Of a stretch of DNA of 64,000 nucleotides, positions 45,323 to 55,210 are shown one piece after another. Both the position numbers and the translations under genes were made by a program. The first letter of the stretch is position 1. Every line of letters starts with the position of its first letter. The notes below the pieces were generated by a model. The model did no database searches. It had not been told where the DNA came from and saw only the letters and a list, made by a program, of their open reading frames with translations. The stretch spans positions 46,190 through 110,189 of the forward strand of contig CAWHMN010000003.1 of NCBI GenBank assembly GCA_963830635.1. Reading direction: 5' to 3'. The stretch is from an uncultured Acidobacteriaceae bacterium (GTDB lineage: Bacteria > Acidobacteriota > Terriglobia > Terriglobales > Acidobacteriaceae).

Positions 45323-45895
45323 ATGGCCTATCGCATGTGCAGCAAGGAAGCCGTCGTCGCAGTTATGGCCGCAGGTACGCTGCTCCTGGGCGTGGCCGGT
45401 TGCAAGTCGAGCAAGAAGCAGCCCAATGACAAGAACTTTACCAACGCCCTGAACGCCTACTATGCCAACCACAACGACTGCCTCTATGCGCAGGCGCTGA
45501 AGTTCCCCTATGAGGTCCCCAGCACGGAGAAGTCCGACAAAGGCCCGAAGGCCATGGACGCACTGACCGCCGCCGGCCTGCTCACCCGCGATGAGGACAA
45601 GAGCATCAAGGTGAAGCGCTATGCGCTCACGCCCATCGGCACCCGCGCCACCCCTCGCTTCTGCTATGGACATCGCGAGGTCACGCAGATTGACGGCTTC
45701 ACCGAACCGGCGACCGTGGACGGCCACCTGCAGTCAGCCGTGAGCTACCACTACAAGATGCTGGACGTGCCTGTGTGGGCCAACACCGACCAGATGAAGA
45801 AGGCGTTCCCGCAGTTGGCAACCGCTTTAAGCGACCAGGCACAAGGAAAGACCACGCTGATGCGGACGTTGGATGATTGGGAAGTGCCCGAGTAG
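45323..45895 (+). CDS. Hypothetical lipoprotein
   Basis: The lipobox is LLGVAGC. GAGGAAG lies upstream of ATG 45323. Confidence 0.6.
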   Translation: MAYRMCSKEAVVAVMAAGTLLLGVAGCKSSKKQPNDKNFTNALNAYYANHNDCLYAQALKFPYEVPSTEKSDKGPKAMDALTAAGLLTRDEDKSIKVKRYALTPIGTRATPRFCYGHREVTQIDGFTEPATVDGHLQSAVSYHYKMLDVPVWANTDQMKKAFPQLATALSDQAQGKTTLMRTLDDWEVPE

Positions 45896-45928
45896 ACCGC
45901 GCGTCGTTCGATACATCAAGGCAAGGCG

Positions 45929-46144
45929 TCACTCGGCATCGTCCGTTATGCCGCATTTCACGCAGAACAGAGTCATACCCAGGTGCGCGCGTCTGCCCTC
46001 TTCCGTGGTCACCCACGGTCGCATCTCCCATGGCGGCCGGTGGCGCACGTGCTGCCCATGGCCGCAGCTTAACTCGGCCACCCAATCGCCAAACTCGTCC
46101 TGATGGAAGCCGACGATCGCTTGCGGCTGCCCCGGGTTGCGCAT
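45929..46144 (-). CDS. DUF3565-like small protein
   Basis: GFHQDEFGDWVAELSCGHGQHVRHRPPW matches my recollection of the DUF3565 signature. Confidence 0.6.
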   Translation of the reverse strand: MRNPGQPQAIVGFHQDEFGDWVAELSCGHGQHVRHRPPWEMRPWVTTEEGRRAHLGMTLFCVKCGITDDAE

Positions 46145-46157
46145 TGCGTGCGCCGTC

Positions 46158-46721
46158 TTACATCTCCACGAAGTTCTGGATCAGGCGCTTCCCGCCCGCG
46201 GTCAGCACGCTCTCGGGATGAAACTGCACGCCTTCGATCGGATACTCCCGATGGCGCAGGCCCATGATAATGCCGTCCTCGGTCCGCGCCGAGATCTCCA
46301 GTTCCTCCGGCAGACCCTCCTCCGCGACGATCAGCGAGTGGTAGCGCGTGCAGGTCATGGGGCTTGCCAGTCCGGCGAAGATCGATTTGCCGTCGTGTTC
46401 CACCGCGCTGGTCTTGCCGTGCATCAGCTTCGGAGCTCGTACCACCGTTCCGCCGAACGCCGCGCCGATGGCCTGATGTCCCAGACACACGCCCAGGATC
46501 GGCACCTTGCCGGCGAAGTGGCGGATCAGCGGAATGCTGATGCCGGCCTGCTGTGGCGTGCACGGCCCCGGCGATAACAGGATGCGCTCGGGATGGAGAT
46601 CCTCCACTTGCTCCGGAGTAAGCTCGTCGTTGCGGCGAATGACCATCTCCGCGCCCAGTTCGCCCATATACTGCACCAGGTTGTAGGTGAACGAGTCGTA
46701 GTTATCGAGAACAAAGACCAT
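46158..46721 (-). CDS. trpG: Anthranilate/aminodeoxychorismate synthase glutamine amidotransferase component II
   Basis: [14 protein letters not shown], catalytic GVCLGHQ and FHPES. The start is ATG 46721. Confidence 0.9.
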   Translation of the reverse strand: MVFVLDNYDSFTYNLVQYMGELGAEMVIRRNDELTPEQVEDLHPERILLSPGPCTPQQAGISIPLIRHFAGKVPILGVCLGHQAIGAAFGGTVVRAPKLMHGKTSAVEHDGKSIFAGLASPMTCTRYHSLIVAEEGLPEELEISARTEDGIIMGLRHREYPIEGVQFHPESVLTAGGKRLIQNFVEM

Positions 46722-46774
46722 CCAGGCGGCACGCCTTTCCAAGTACCTCCAGTGTAGAACGAATGCTGCGCATT

Positions 46775-47176
46775 TCAGGCGCTCTCCTTCAGGCGCTCGA
46801 TGAGTGACTGCACCCGGGCGCGTATGCCGTCGCGGATGGCGCGGACCTCATCGAGCGTCAGGCCCTTGGGGTCGAGCAGCGGCGAGTCTTCGCGCTTGAG
46901 GCCGGGAACATAGGGGCATTGGTCGCCGCAGCCCATCGTGATCAGAAGCTGCGCCTGCCTTGCCAGCTCATCGGTCAGCTTCATCGGCTTCGCCCCGCTC
47001 AGATCGATGCCCGCTTCCTGCATGACGGTGAGGACTTCAGGATGCACCCGCTCGCCCGGGTCCGTGCCGGCGGAAACCGCTGTCATCTTCGAGCTATCGG
47101 CGAGCTGACAGAAGAACGCGGCTGCCATCTGCGAGCGTCCGGCATTGTGAACACAGGCGAAAATCACTCTATACAT
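46775..47176 (-). CDS. arsC: Arsenate reductase, LMW-PTPase (thioredoxin-coupled) type
   Basis: The P-loop is CVHNAGRS. Additional Cys residues lie in [11 protein letters not shown]. It is adjacent to acr3. Confidence 0.85.
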   Translation of the reverse strand: MYRVIFACVHNAGRSQMAAAFFCQLADSSKMTAVSAGTDPGERVHPEVLTVMQEAGIDLSGAKPMKLTDELARQAQLLITMGCGDQCPYVPGLKREDSPLLDPKGLTLDEVRAIRDGIRARVQSLIERLKESA

Positions 47177-47188
47177 GCTGCTCCATTC

Positions 47189-48307
47189 CTAAGGTGCGTC
47201 CTCGACAGGACTGACGCCAAAGCCCGGCTGCGGCCCCGAGAAGTAGCGGCGTTGTAACCACAGCGACAGGCTGACCAGGCCAATCAGCGCGGGAACCTCC
47301 ACCAACGGGCCGATGACGCCCACGAAGGCTTCTCCGGAGTTAAGCCCGAACACGGCAACAGAAACGGCAATTGCCAGTTCGAAGTTGTTGCCCGCGGCGG
47401 TGAAGGAAAGCGTTGCCGTCTTGGCATAGTCGGCGCCGAGCCGCTTGCCCATCCAGAAGCTCACCAGGAACATCACGACAAAATAGATGAGCAGCGGGAC
47501 CGCCACCCGCAACACGTCCAGCGGCAGGCGAACGATCAGGTTCCCCTTAAGGCTGAACATCACGAGAATGGTGAACAGGAGCGCCACCAGTGTCATCGGG
47601 CTTATGCGCGGAATAAAGCGCGTCCGATACCATTCCTCGCCCCTGGCGCGGATGAGGGCAAAGCGCGTGATAAGCCCGGCGAGAAAAGGAACGCCAAGAT
47701 AAAGCGAGACACTCTTCGCGAGCTCGCCGATTCCGACATGCACGACGCTTGCAGAGAGGCCGAACAGTGGCGGCAGGATGGTGAGGAAGACCCAGGCGTA
47801 AAGACTGTAGAAGAACACCTGGAACACGCTGTTGAGCGCGACCAGGCCCGCCACGTAATCCGTATCGCCTTTGGCTAGCTCGTTCCAGACCAGCACCATC
47901 GCAATGCAACGGGCAATGCCTATCAGGATGAGGCCGCGCATATAGGCCGGCTCGCCGTGCAGGAAGACAATGGCGAGCAGGAACATCAGCACCGGCCCGA
48001 TGAGCCAGTTCTGCAGCAGCGAGAGCCCAAGGACTCGGCGGTTGCGGAAGACCTCGCCCAGCTTCTCATAGCGGACCTTGGCGAGCGGCGGATACATCAT
48101 CACAATCAGGCCGATGGCAATGGGAACGTTGGTGGTTCCCGCCTGGAATCGCTGCACAAGAGCGGCCGACTGCGGAACGAAATGGCCCAGGCCGACGCCC
48201 AGCGCCATAGCCAGAAAAATCCATACCGTCAGAAAGCGATCGAGGAAAGAGAGCTTTCTGCGCGGCAGGGGTGCGCACACCTGCGCCTGAACGAGCTTGG
48301 TGGACAT
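47189..48307 (-). CDS. acr3: ACR3 family arsenite efflux transporter
   Basis: [24 protein letters not shown]-terminus. It has about 10 TM segments and the [10 protein letters not shown] conserved Cys region. Confidence 0.85.
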   Translation of the reverse strand: MSTKLVQAQVCAPLPRRKLSFLDRFLTVWIFLAMALGVGLGHFVPQSAALVQRFQAGTTNVPIAIGLIVMMYPPLAKVRYEKLGEVFRNRRVLGLSLLQNWLIGPVLMFLLAIVFLHGEPAYMRGLILIGIARCIAMVLVWNELAKGDTDYVAGLVALNSVFQVFFYSLYAWVFLTILPPLFGLSASVVHVGIGELAKSVSLYLGVPFLAGLITRFALIRARGEEWYRTRFIPRISPMTLVALLFTILVMFSLKGNLIVRLPLDVLRVAVPLLIYFVVMFLVSFWMGKRLGADYAKTATLSFTAAGNNFELAIAVSVAVFGLNSGEAFVGVIGPLVEVPALIGLVSLSLWLQRRYFSGPQPGFGVSPVEDAP

Positions 48308-48348
48308 GCTTACCTCAAGGCAAAATCAGCATCTTGCTTATATTCGCA

Positions 48349-48378
48349 TTGACAGATATGAATTGCAAGCAATATATT
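48349..48378 (+). promoter_or_regulatory. Candidate sigma70-type promoter TTGACA-n18-TATATT for arsI, overlapping an imperfect inverted repeat
   Basis: ttgaca lies at 48349-54 and tatatt at 48373-78, 30 nt before ATG 48408. The arms gcttatattc (48336-45) and gaattgcaagc (48360-70) bracket the -35 box. Confidence 0.4.
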
Positions 48379-48407
48379 TGGGTTGCCGCATACGGAGACG
48401 GCCAGCC

Positions 48408-48887
48408 ATGACGATCCAGTCCCTTAAGGCACACCTCGCCATCAACGTCCGGGATGTTCCGGTCAGCATCGATTTCTACCGCAAGCTCCTGGGCATCGAG
48501 CCCGTGAAGGTGCGCCCCGGCTACGCGAAGTTCGATATGGCGAACCCGCCGCTCAATTTCACCTTGAACCAGCGCCCTTTCGACGCGCAGGGCGCGCTGT
48601 CGCATCTTGGAATTCAGGTAGCCTCGACCGAAGATGTGTTAGCGATTCGGGAGGAATGGCGGCAGCGGGGTCTTATTACCCGCGACGAGATGCAGACCAA
48701 CTGTTGCTACGCCACGCAAGACAAGACGTGGGTGAAAGACCCGGATGGAAATGAGTGGGAGGTCTTTGTCGTGTTGAAGGACAACCTGACGAACCAGCCG
48801 GTGCAGACCTCGGAATCCTGCTGTGCCCCGAACTGTTGCGGTGAGCATGCTGATCTGGAGGTCGCCAAGGACGGCGCTGAGCGATAG
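48408..48887 (+). CDS. arsI: ArsI/CadI-family VOC metalloenzyme (C-As lyase-like)
   Basis: FYRKLLGIEPVKVRPGYAKF...LNFTLN...HLGIQV...TNCCYATQDKTWVKDPDGNEWEVF carries the vicinal Cys pair of ArsI/CadI. The tail SESCCAPNCCGEH is Cys-rich. GGAGA lies upstream of ATG 48408. Confidence 0.8.
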   Translation: MTIQSLKAHLAINVRDVPVSIDFYRKLLGIEPVKVRPGYAKFDMANPPLNFTLNQRPFDAQGALSHLGIQVASTEDVLAIREEWRQRGLITRDEMQTNCCYATQDKTWVKDPDGNEWEVFVVLKDNLTNQPVQTSESCCAPNCCGEHADLEVAKDGAER

Positions 48888-48900
48888 TACCGGCGCTCCT

Positions 48901-48933
48901 GCCGCAGCCAGACTACCCGAATCTGGCTGCGGC
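48901..48933. terminator. Perfect 12-bp stem-loop between convergent arsI and LysM genes
   Basis: gccgcagccaga - ctacccgaa - tctggctgcggc. Confidence 0.55.
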
Positions 48934-49003
48934 ATCTCGCGGCGGATGGCTTGGCGGTCGCGAGCGTCGGGCTTACCTCGCGATGAGCGTGGATGCGGGC
49001 ATG

Positions 49004-49390
49004 CTATCGCGCCGGTATGGTGATCTGCTGGCCAGCGTGGATCTTGTCCGGATCTCCAATTCCATTCGCCTTTGCGATCTCCTGAAAATGGTTTGGCGAA
49101 CCGTAGAACAGCTTGCTGACCTTGGAAAGATTGTCGCCCGGCTTGATGGTGTAGGTCTGCTCGCCGCCGCCCGTCGTGATCTCATGGTGCAGATCGGCAT
49201 ACTGCGGATCGACCTGCTTGATGGCGTCCCACACGCGGTTCGCGACGACCTGTGAGGGAACGGAGGCTTTGAGCAGGAGCTTGTCGCCGTCCAGGCTGAT
49301 GTCTTCCACCTTTGCTCCTTCGCTGCCAAACTGCTCAATGGTTTGAATGACAGGCGCGTACTTCGTTTTCAGTTGATTCAGATCTGCCAT
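49004..49390 (-). CDS. LysM domain-containing protein
   Basis: The C-terminal LysM reads YTIKPGDNLSKVSKLFYGSPNHFQEIAKANGIGDPDKIHAGQQITIP. Confidence 0.75.
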   Translation of the reverse strand: MADLNQLKTKYAPVIQTIEQFGSEGAKVEDISLDGDKLLLKASVPSQVVANRVWDAIKQVDPQYADLHHEITTGGGEQTYTIKPGDNLSKVSKLFYGSPNHFQEIAKANGIGDPDKIHAGQQITIPAR

Positions 49391-49501
49391 AGGGAGGCTC
49401 CGTTCAGAGGGTGTCGGCTCACAAGAGTGGATGCTGAAAGTAAGTCAGCCATTTGCCGGGCGGATGAAAATTGACCCTGCGTATATGTCAATACCCGCGC
49501 A

Positions 49502-49536
49502 GCAAAAGAGGCCCGGGTAGTGAAGCTGCCCGGGCC
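49502..49536 (-). terminator. Rho-independent terminator of ferritin-like gene A
   Basis: On the minus strand, the stem ggcccggg...cccgggcc is followed by tcttttgct. Confidence 0.6.
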
Positions 49537-49563
49537 GCGCAAGAGCGGAGTGTCTCTGCAGGA

Positions 49564-50415
49564 CTAGACCACGTTGATCGCGCCGTTCACTCCCTGTGGG
49601 AAAAAGCCGCCGCGGCTTGTGCCTTTCGTGCCCTTGCCATACACGATCGCCAGCACCTGACTTGCGGTACGAGCGGGGGCCAATCCATTTCCGTTAATGG
49701 TGAACATATTACTTCCCGACGGCGGCGGCAGAACGTCCTGTATGTCGATCTTGGTTGTGGGGACGCTATACGCATCGCAGAAGAGCCGCAGGTTTCCGAC
49801 ATGCTCAGCTTCATCGGCCAGGATCTGCGCCGAGGCCGTCAGATAGGTCTTGTTTTCGATCAGGTGCGCGGCACCGGCATAGGCGGACTCGCCGGTCTGC
49901 TCATGAATGCGTGCCGCAGCGATGAACTTCAGGTACGTATCGACCTTGCCGAATGCATCCAGGTTGATGGCTGGCTTTGCGACAGCGTAGCTGCCCAGCG
50001 TGCTGCGCAGAAACTTGACGTGGCGCTGCTCGTCGTCCATCAGGCCGTTTGCCGTACGGCCTAATTGGCTGTGCCAGGGGCCCGCGGCGCCGAAATTGAT
50101 TTTGGCGCCCCCGGTGGTGGCGCCGTAAGTACCCTTTCCACTGAGCGTGAAACCTGATTGCGCCAGCGTCTTGCCGGTGACGGCCACGGTATAGAACTCT
50201 GCGTCCAGATATTCCAGATTCAGAGCGAAGTTCAAGATGTCGTAATCGTTGATACCAGCCGCGTCGACATTCGGGATCTTGACGCCGGGCAAAACATCCG
50301 CCAGCCTGCCGCTGACAAGTGCCGCCAATCCCACGCCCGTCAAGCCGGCGCCTTTCAGAAAACTTCGCCGGTTCGCCGCACTCGTTGCCTGCGGTACTTC
50401 CTTCTCCTTGTTCAC
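49564..50415 (-). CDS. Tat-signal ferritin-like domain protein, paralog A
   Basis: RRSFLKGAGLTGVGLAA twin-arginine signal, DILNFALNLEYLDAEFY and ILADEAEHVGNLR (ferritin-like/desiccation-protein-type motifs). I preferred GTG 50415 (GGAGG 5 nt upstream) over the TTG track start at 50427. Confidence 0.75.
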   Translation of the reverse strand: MNKEKEVPQATSAANRRSFLKGAGLTGVGLAALVSGRLADVLPGVKIPNVDAAGINDYDILNFALNLEYLDAEFYTVAVTGKTLAQSGFTLSGKGTYGATTGGAKINFGAAGPWHSQLGRTANGLMDDEQRHVKFLRSTLGSYAVAKPAINLDAFGKVDTYLKFIAAARIHEQTGESAYAGAAHLIENKTYLTASAQILADEAEHVGNLRLFCDAYSVPTTKIDIQDVLPPPSGSNMFTINGNGLAPARTASQVLAIVYGKGTKGTSRGGFFPQGVNGAINVV

Positions 50416-50711
50416 AAAAACCTCCAAACGTAATTGAAGCTGAGGATGCAGCCGGGCGCCGGAGTCTTCCGTGGAGGGAGAACCGGAGCATGAAAGAGCG
50501 GGTGGACAGGAGCAAGTTAGACGACAACCGCACCTGAACTAAACAGTGCGTACCTGCCAGCCCTGTCCATGCGGAGTAAGATACGAAGTCTTCTGGAATG
50601 GTGGGTCATGTTCAAAAGGCTCAAAGTTTAATTGTTCATGGAAATTCAAATGCCGCTCTTACTACGAGAAGCGACTCCAGAACCGAGCTCCTCGCCGTTC
50701 CCGGCGCGAAT

Positions 50712-50751
50712 CAAAAAAGAAGGCCCGGACAGCAACAATGCTGACCGGGCC
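50712..50751 (-). terminator. Rho-independent terminator of ferritin-like gene B
   Basis: On the minus strand, a 12-bp stem with one A-A mismatch (ggcccgg-a-cagca / tgctg-a-ccgggcc) is followed by ttcttttttga. Confidence 0.6.
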
Positions 50752-50777
50752 GGCAGGGGAAGCGGAAAAGTCGAGAA

Positions 50778-51620
50778 CTATACAGTGTTGACGGCGCCGT
50801 TCAACCCCTGTGGGAAGAAGCCTCCGCGGCTGGTGCCCTTCCTGCTGTTGGCGTAGACGATCGCCAGCACCTCGCTGGGCGTGCGCGCGGGCGCCAGGCC
50901 CTTGCTGTTGATGGTGAACATATTCGTTCCCGACGGCGGCGGCAGAACATCCTGCGCGTCGATCTTCGCCGTCGCGACGTTGTAGATATCGCAGAATAGC
51001 CGCAGGTTCCCCACATGCTCGGCTTCCACCGCAAGAATCTGCGCGGCTGCCGTCAAGTATGTCTTGTTCTGGATCAACGCTGCTGCGCCGGCATAGGCTG
51101 ACTCGCCGGTCTGTTCCTGGGCGCGTGCGACTACGATGAACTTCTGCCAGGTGTTCACCAGGCCCAGAGCATTGAGGTTGATGGCCGGTTTCGCGACGGC
51201 ATAGCTGCCCAGCGCACTGCGTAGGAACTTGACGTGGAACTGCTCGGTCTCCGCCAGGCCATTCGCTGTCCGGCCGAGTTGGCCCGTGCCCGCGAAGTTG
51301 ATCCTGGCGCCCCCTGTCGTTGGGCCATAGGTTCCCTTGCCGCTGAGATCGAAACCGGACTGTTCCAGCGTCTTGCCGGTCGTCGCCATGGTGTAGAACT
51401 CCGCTTCCAGATACTCCAGGTTGAGCGCGAAGTTCAGGATGTCGTAGTCGTTGATGCCGGCTGCCTCGACGTTGGGAACCTTGACGCCGGGCAGCACATC
51501 GGCCAGCTTGCCGCCGATCAGCGCCGCACCCGCCAGGCCCATGCCGGTAAGGCCCGCGCCCTTCAGAAATCTGCGGCGATCCGCCGATCCCGCTTGTTGC
51601 AGTACTTCTTCCTTCTTCAC
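50778..51620 (-). CDS. Tat-signal ferritin-like domain protein, paralog B
   Basis: By eye it is about three-quarters identical to paralog A and has the same GGAGG-n5-GTG start context (GTG 51620). The track extension to 51827 has no support. Confidence 0.75.
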   Translation of the reverse strand: MKKEEVLQQAGSADRRRFLKGAGLTGMGLAGAALIGGKLADVLPGVKVPNVEAAGINDYDILNFALNLEYLEAEFYTMATTGKTLEQSGFDLSGKGTYGPTTGGARINFAGTGQLGRTANGLAETEQFHVKFLRSALGSYAVAKPAINLNALGLVNTWQKFIVVARAQEQTGESAYAGAAALIQNKTYLTAAAQILAVEAEHVGNLRLFCDIYNVATAKIDAQDVLPPPSGTNMFTINSKGLAPARTPSEVLAIVYANSRKGTSRGGFFPQGLNGAVNTV

Positions 51621-51989
51621 AGAGACCTCCAAATGCGGTGAAAGGGATGAGGAGCCTGGCGCCGTGGGCATAACTAGCAATGGGGAGCGACGCAATTGAG
51701 AGAGCAAGAGCGTGGTCACAGCAGCACAACCGGCTGTGCCACGACGACTGAGATCGCTCGCTCGTATAAAAGGGTGGCTGTGCGGAAAGAAGATATTGAT
51801 AACTGCTCTATGATGTGAACAAGCCAAGTTATTGCCGAAGATCCAAGTCTATCTCTCGCTTCGTTCTAAATAGGCTTCCTCAACAACCACCGGCATGTGC
51901 GGAATTATGTTGTTGTCGCACAGATCCAAATAGATTGCTCGCTACGTATTACTAAATTGCGTCCGTGGAATGTGCGCCGCGCTCAAAGC

Positions 51990-53540
51990 CTATTCTCGCG
52001 CTCGCTCGATCGCCCGCACCAGCGCCTGCGCCTTGTTCACGCATTCCTCGAACTCCTTCTCCGGCACGGAATCCGCGACGATCCCCGCCCCCGCCTGGAT
52101 GTACCCGCGTCCTTCCTTTACCAGCATGCTGCGGATCGCAATGCACGAGTCCAGGTTGCCGGAAAAGTCGGCGTAGCACACGCTGCCTCCGTAGATGCCG
52201 CGCCGCGTCGGCTCCAGTTCTTCAATGATCTCCATCGCGCGAATCTTGGGCGCGCCGGAGAGCGTGCCCGCCGGGAAGCAGGCGCGGAATGCATCCACCG
52301 CAGAGAGGCCGTCGCGCAGTTTACCCTCAATCGCGCTGACCAGATGCATCACGTGCGAGTAGCGCTCGACGAACATCAGGTCCTTCACCCGCACGCTGCC
52401 GTATTCGCTCACCCGGCCCACATCGTTCCGGCCCAGGTCGACCAGCATCACGTGCTCCGCCACCTCTTTGGCGTCACTGAGCAGGTCCTGCTCCAGGCGC
52501 AGGTCCTCCTCTTCGTCGGTCGAACGCGGCCTGGTGCCGGCGATGGGCCGGTACTCGACCTGTCCCCGCTTCACCCGCACCAGCAGTTCCGGGGACGATC
52601 CCACGATATGTAACGGTTTCGGTTTCGTTGTGCCAGGCGCATCATCGACCTGCAGCCGCAGAAAATACATGTACGGTGACGGATTCACGATGCGCAGCGC
52701 GCGATAAATCGAAAATGGATCGGCGCCCGGCTCCACCTCGAATCGCTGCGAGAGCACTGCCTGGAAGACGTCGCCCGCCGCAATGTACTCCTTGATCGTC
52801 TCCACTGCGCGGAGAAAATCGTGCTTTCGCGTCCGCGGTGTCACCGTCAGCTTGGCGTACCCTCTCTTCCGTGCGGGCGGGGGAAGTGGGCCGGCCAGCC
52901 GCCGCTGCATGTGCGCCAGCCGCCGCACCGCGCCGGCGTAGGCGGCCTCGGGCGCCTGCCCGGTTACGTCCGCTGTCGCCATCAGCAGAATCTCTCTTTT
53001 GACATGGTCAAAGGCAAGTACATCGCGGAAGAACGCCAGGTAAGCGTCGGGCGCCTTCAGGTCGTCCTCTGCGATGGAGGGCAGGTCTTCGATCTGGCGC
53101 ACTACATCGTAGGCGAACAACCCAACCGCGCCTGCCGTGAACGGGGGCAGTCCGGGAATGCGCGCCGGCGTGTGCCCGGCCAGCGCATCCTTGAGCACGG
53201 TGAACACGTCCCCCTCCTGCACCGTCTTCTTGCGCTCCCGGGTCACCGTCAGCGTCGTCCCGCGCGCCACAATCTTCTGGTACGGCTCGATGCCAATAAA
53301 GGTGTAGCGTCCCAGCTTCTCCCCACCCTCGACCGACTCGAGCATGAAGCATTCCGCTGCGTCATCTGCCAGACGCAGAAAGGCCGATACGGGCGTCTCC
53401 AGGTCGCCGTTCAGCCGCCGGCATACCGGCACCAGCGTGTGCGTCCGCGCAAGCTTCAGAAATTCGGGCAGGGCGGGGAAGAGTGATTGCTGCGGGGTAT
53501 CGGAATCGGCGCGGGTGCGGGGCATCGGAGTCTCGCTCAT
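51990..53540 (-). CDS. trpE: Anthranilate synthase component I
   Basis: LETPVSAFLRL and the C-terminal chorismate-binding core GTLSGAPKIRAMEIIEELE...RGIYGG. The start is ATG 53540 (the alternative is 53525). Confidence 0.9.
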   Translation of the reverse strand: MSETPMPRTRADSDTPQQSLFPALPEFLKLARTHTLVPVCRRLNGDLETPVSAFLRLADDAAECFMLESVEGGEKLGRYTFIGIEPYQKIVARGTTLTVTRERKKTVQEGDVFTVLKDALAGHTPARIPGLPPFTAGAVGLFAYDVVRQIEDLPSIAEDDLKAPDAYLAFFRDVLAFDHVKREILLMATADVTGQAPEAAYAGAVRRLAHMQRRLAGPLPPPARKRGYAKLTVTPRTRKHDFLRAVETIKEYIAAGDVFQAVLSQRFEVEPGADPFSIYRALRIVNPSPYMYFLRLQVDDAPGTTKPKPLHIVGSSPELLVRVKRGQVEYRPIAGTRPRSTDEEEDLRLEQDLLSDAKEVAEHVMLVDLGRNDVGRVSEYGSVRVKDLMFVERYSHVMHLVSAIEGKLRDGLSAVDAFRACFPAGTLSGAPKIRAMEIIEELEPTRRGIYGGSVCYADFSGNLDSCIAIRSMLVKEGRGYIQAGAGIVADSVPEKEFEECVNKAQALVRAIERARE

Positions 53541-53831
53541 CCTACATGGCAGCGCTTGCCCGGTACGAGGGGGGAGCGTGTCCTCCGCCGGCCCCGGCGG
53601 CATCTAGAAAGAGGTGGCCCCTTAGTAATCCCCGCGTCTTGCCGGAGTTTTAGACGCGCGCCTATACTCGGAGGGTTTGGCCGGCGCCCGGAGAGCGCCG
53701 GAGGCCTGTAGATGCATTTCTGGGTCTACCGCCACGTTCGTTGCATTCCCTGCCGCCGCTTTCTGGCCGATGCTCGTTGAGGGCGGCAAAGGCGGCCGGT
53801 CCACCGGAACAGAAGACTGGAGATCATTTGT

Positions 53832-55097
53832 ATGCAGACACTCACACTCGAGCAGGAGATTAACCCCTGGGAAGCTCAGGCTGCTCGGTTCGATTTCGCG
53901 GCGAAGAAACTCAATCTGGATGAAGGGTTATGGAAGGTCCTGCGTTATCCCGCACGCGAGATCATCGTGCATTTCCCGGTGAGCATGGATGACGGCTCCA
54001 TTGAAGTTTTCACTGGCTACCGTGTGCAGCACTCCGTCGCCCGCGGTCCCGGCAAGGGCGGCATTCGCTACTCGCCCGACGTGACGCTGGACGAGGTACG
54101 CGCGCTCGCCAGCTGGATGACCTGGAAGTGCGCCGTGGTCAACATCCCTTTCGGCGGCGCCAAGGGCGGGGTAATCTGCGACCCCAAGAAGATGTCCATC
54201 GGCGAGCTGGAGCGCATGACACGCCGCTACACCTCCGAACTGATCGAGTTCATCGGGCCGGAAAAGGACGTACCCGCGCCGGACATGAACACCAACGAAC
54301 AGGTGATGGCCTGGATCATGGACACCTACTCCATGCACATGCGCCAGACCGTCACCGCCGTGGTTACCGGTAAGCCCTTGAACATCGGCGGCTCCCGTGG
54401 ACGCCGCGAAGCCACCGGCCGCGGCATCGGCGTGATGTGCGACGAGGCACTGCGCTATCTGAACATGCAGCGGGACGGCTGTCGCGTGATCATCCAGGGC
54501 TTTGGCAACGTCGGTTCGAACGCCGCCAAGATCATGATGGAAAAGGGTTACAAGATCATCGGGATCGCGGAGTACGACGGCGGTCTCTTCAACGCCAATG
54601 GTCTGGACGTCCATCAACTGCTTGAGTACCGCCAGCGCAACGGCACCACCCTCGGCTTTAAGGGTGCCGAGGCTGCAGATCCCCTGGACCTGATCACGCA
54701 GGAGTGCGAGATCCTGATTCCCGCCGCAACGGAAAACGTCATCACCAGCCGCAACGCTGAACGCATCCGCGCCCGGATCGTATGCGAGGGGGCCAACGGT
54801 CCCACCACCGCGGTCGCCGATGAGATTCTGGGAGACAAGAAGGTCTTCGTCATTCCCGACATCCTGGCGAATGCCGGCGGCGTCACCGCCTCCTACTTCG
54901 AATGGGTGCAGGACCGTCAGGGTTACTTCTGGAAGGAGTCCGTGGTCAACGAACAGTTGGAACACATTCTCTCCGAGAGCTTCGATGACGTGGTCCGCTA
55001 CTCCGAAGCCCATGGCGTGAATAACCGCATCGCTGCCTACATGCTGGCCATCGATCGCGTCGCCTTCACCATCAAACAACGTGGTATCTACGCCTGA
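53832..55097 (+). CDS. gdhA: Glutamate dehydrogenase (Glu/Leu/Phe/Val dehydrogenase family)
   Basis: [11 protein letters not shown]...[19 protein letters not shown] and the NAD(P) domain GFGNVGS. Confidence 0.9.
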   Translation: MQTLTLEQEINPWEAQAARFDFAAKKLNLDEGLWKVLRYPAREIIVHFPVSMDDGSIEVFTGYRVQHSVARGPGKGGIRYSPDVTLDEVRALASWMTWKCAVVNIPFGGAKGGVICDPKKMSIGELERMTRRYTSELIEFIGPEKDVPAPDMNTNEQVMAWIMDTYSMHMRQTVTAVVTGKPLNIGGSRGRREATGRGIGVMCDEALRYLNMQRDGCRVIIQGFGNVGSNAAKIMMEKGYKIIGIAEYDGGLFNANGLDVHQLLEYRQRNGTTLGFKGAEAADPLDLITQECEILIPAATENVITSRNAERIRARIVCEGANGPTTAVADEILGDKKVFVIPDILANAGGVTASYFEWVQDRQGYFWKESVVNEQLEHILSESFDDVVRYSEAHGVNNRIAAYMLAIDRVAFTIKQRGIYA

Positions 55098-55118
55098 GCG
55101 AGATAGCCCGGCAAGCGG

Positions 55119-55151
55119 GGGAGATGGCTGCGGCCGTCTCCCTTATTTATT
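55119..55151 (+). terminator. Rho-independent terminator after gdh
   Basis: gggagatgg-ctgcgg-ccgtctccc is followed by ttatttatt. Confidence 0.65.
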
Positions 55152-55210
55152 CAGACCATCGGGCAGGTCAAAGTTGCTCTCGCCAGTTAGCAAGCGGCTG
55201 GGGCATACTT

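Noticed and set aside
53541-53831. Trp leader peptide / attenuator upstream of trpE
   Set aside because: The only small ORF (53622-53804, minus strand) has no Trp codons. One 7-bp hairpin (about 53682-53702) alone is insufficient evidence.
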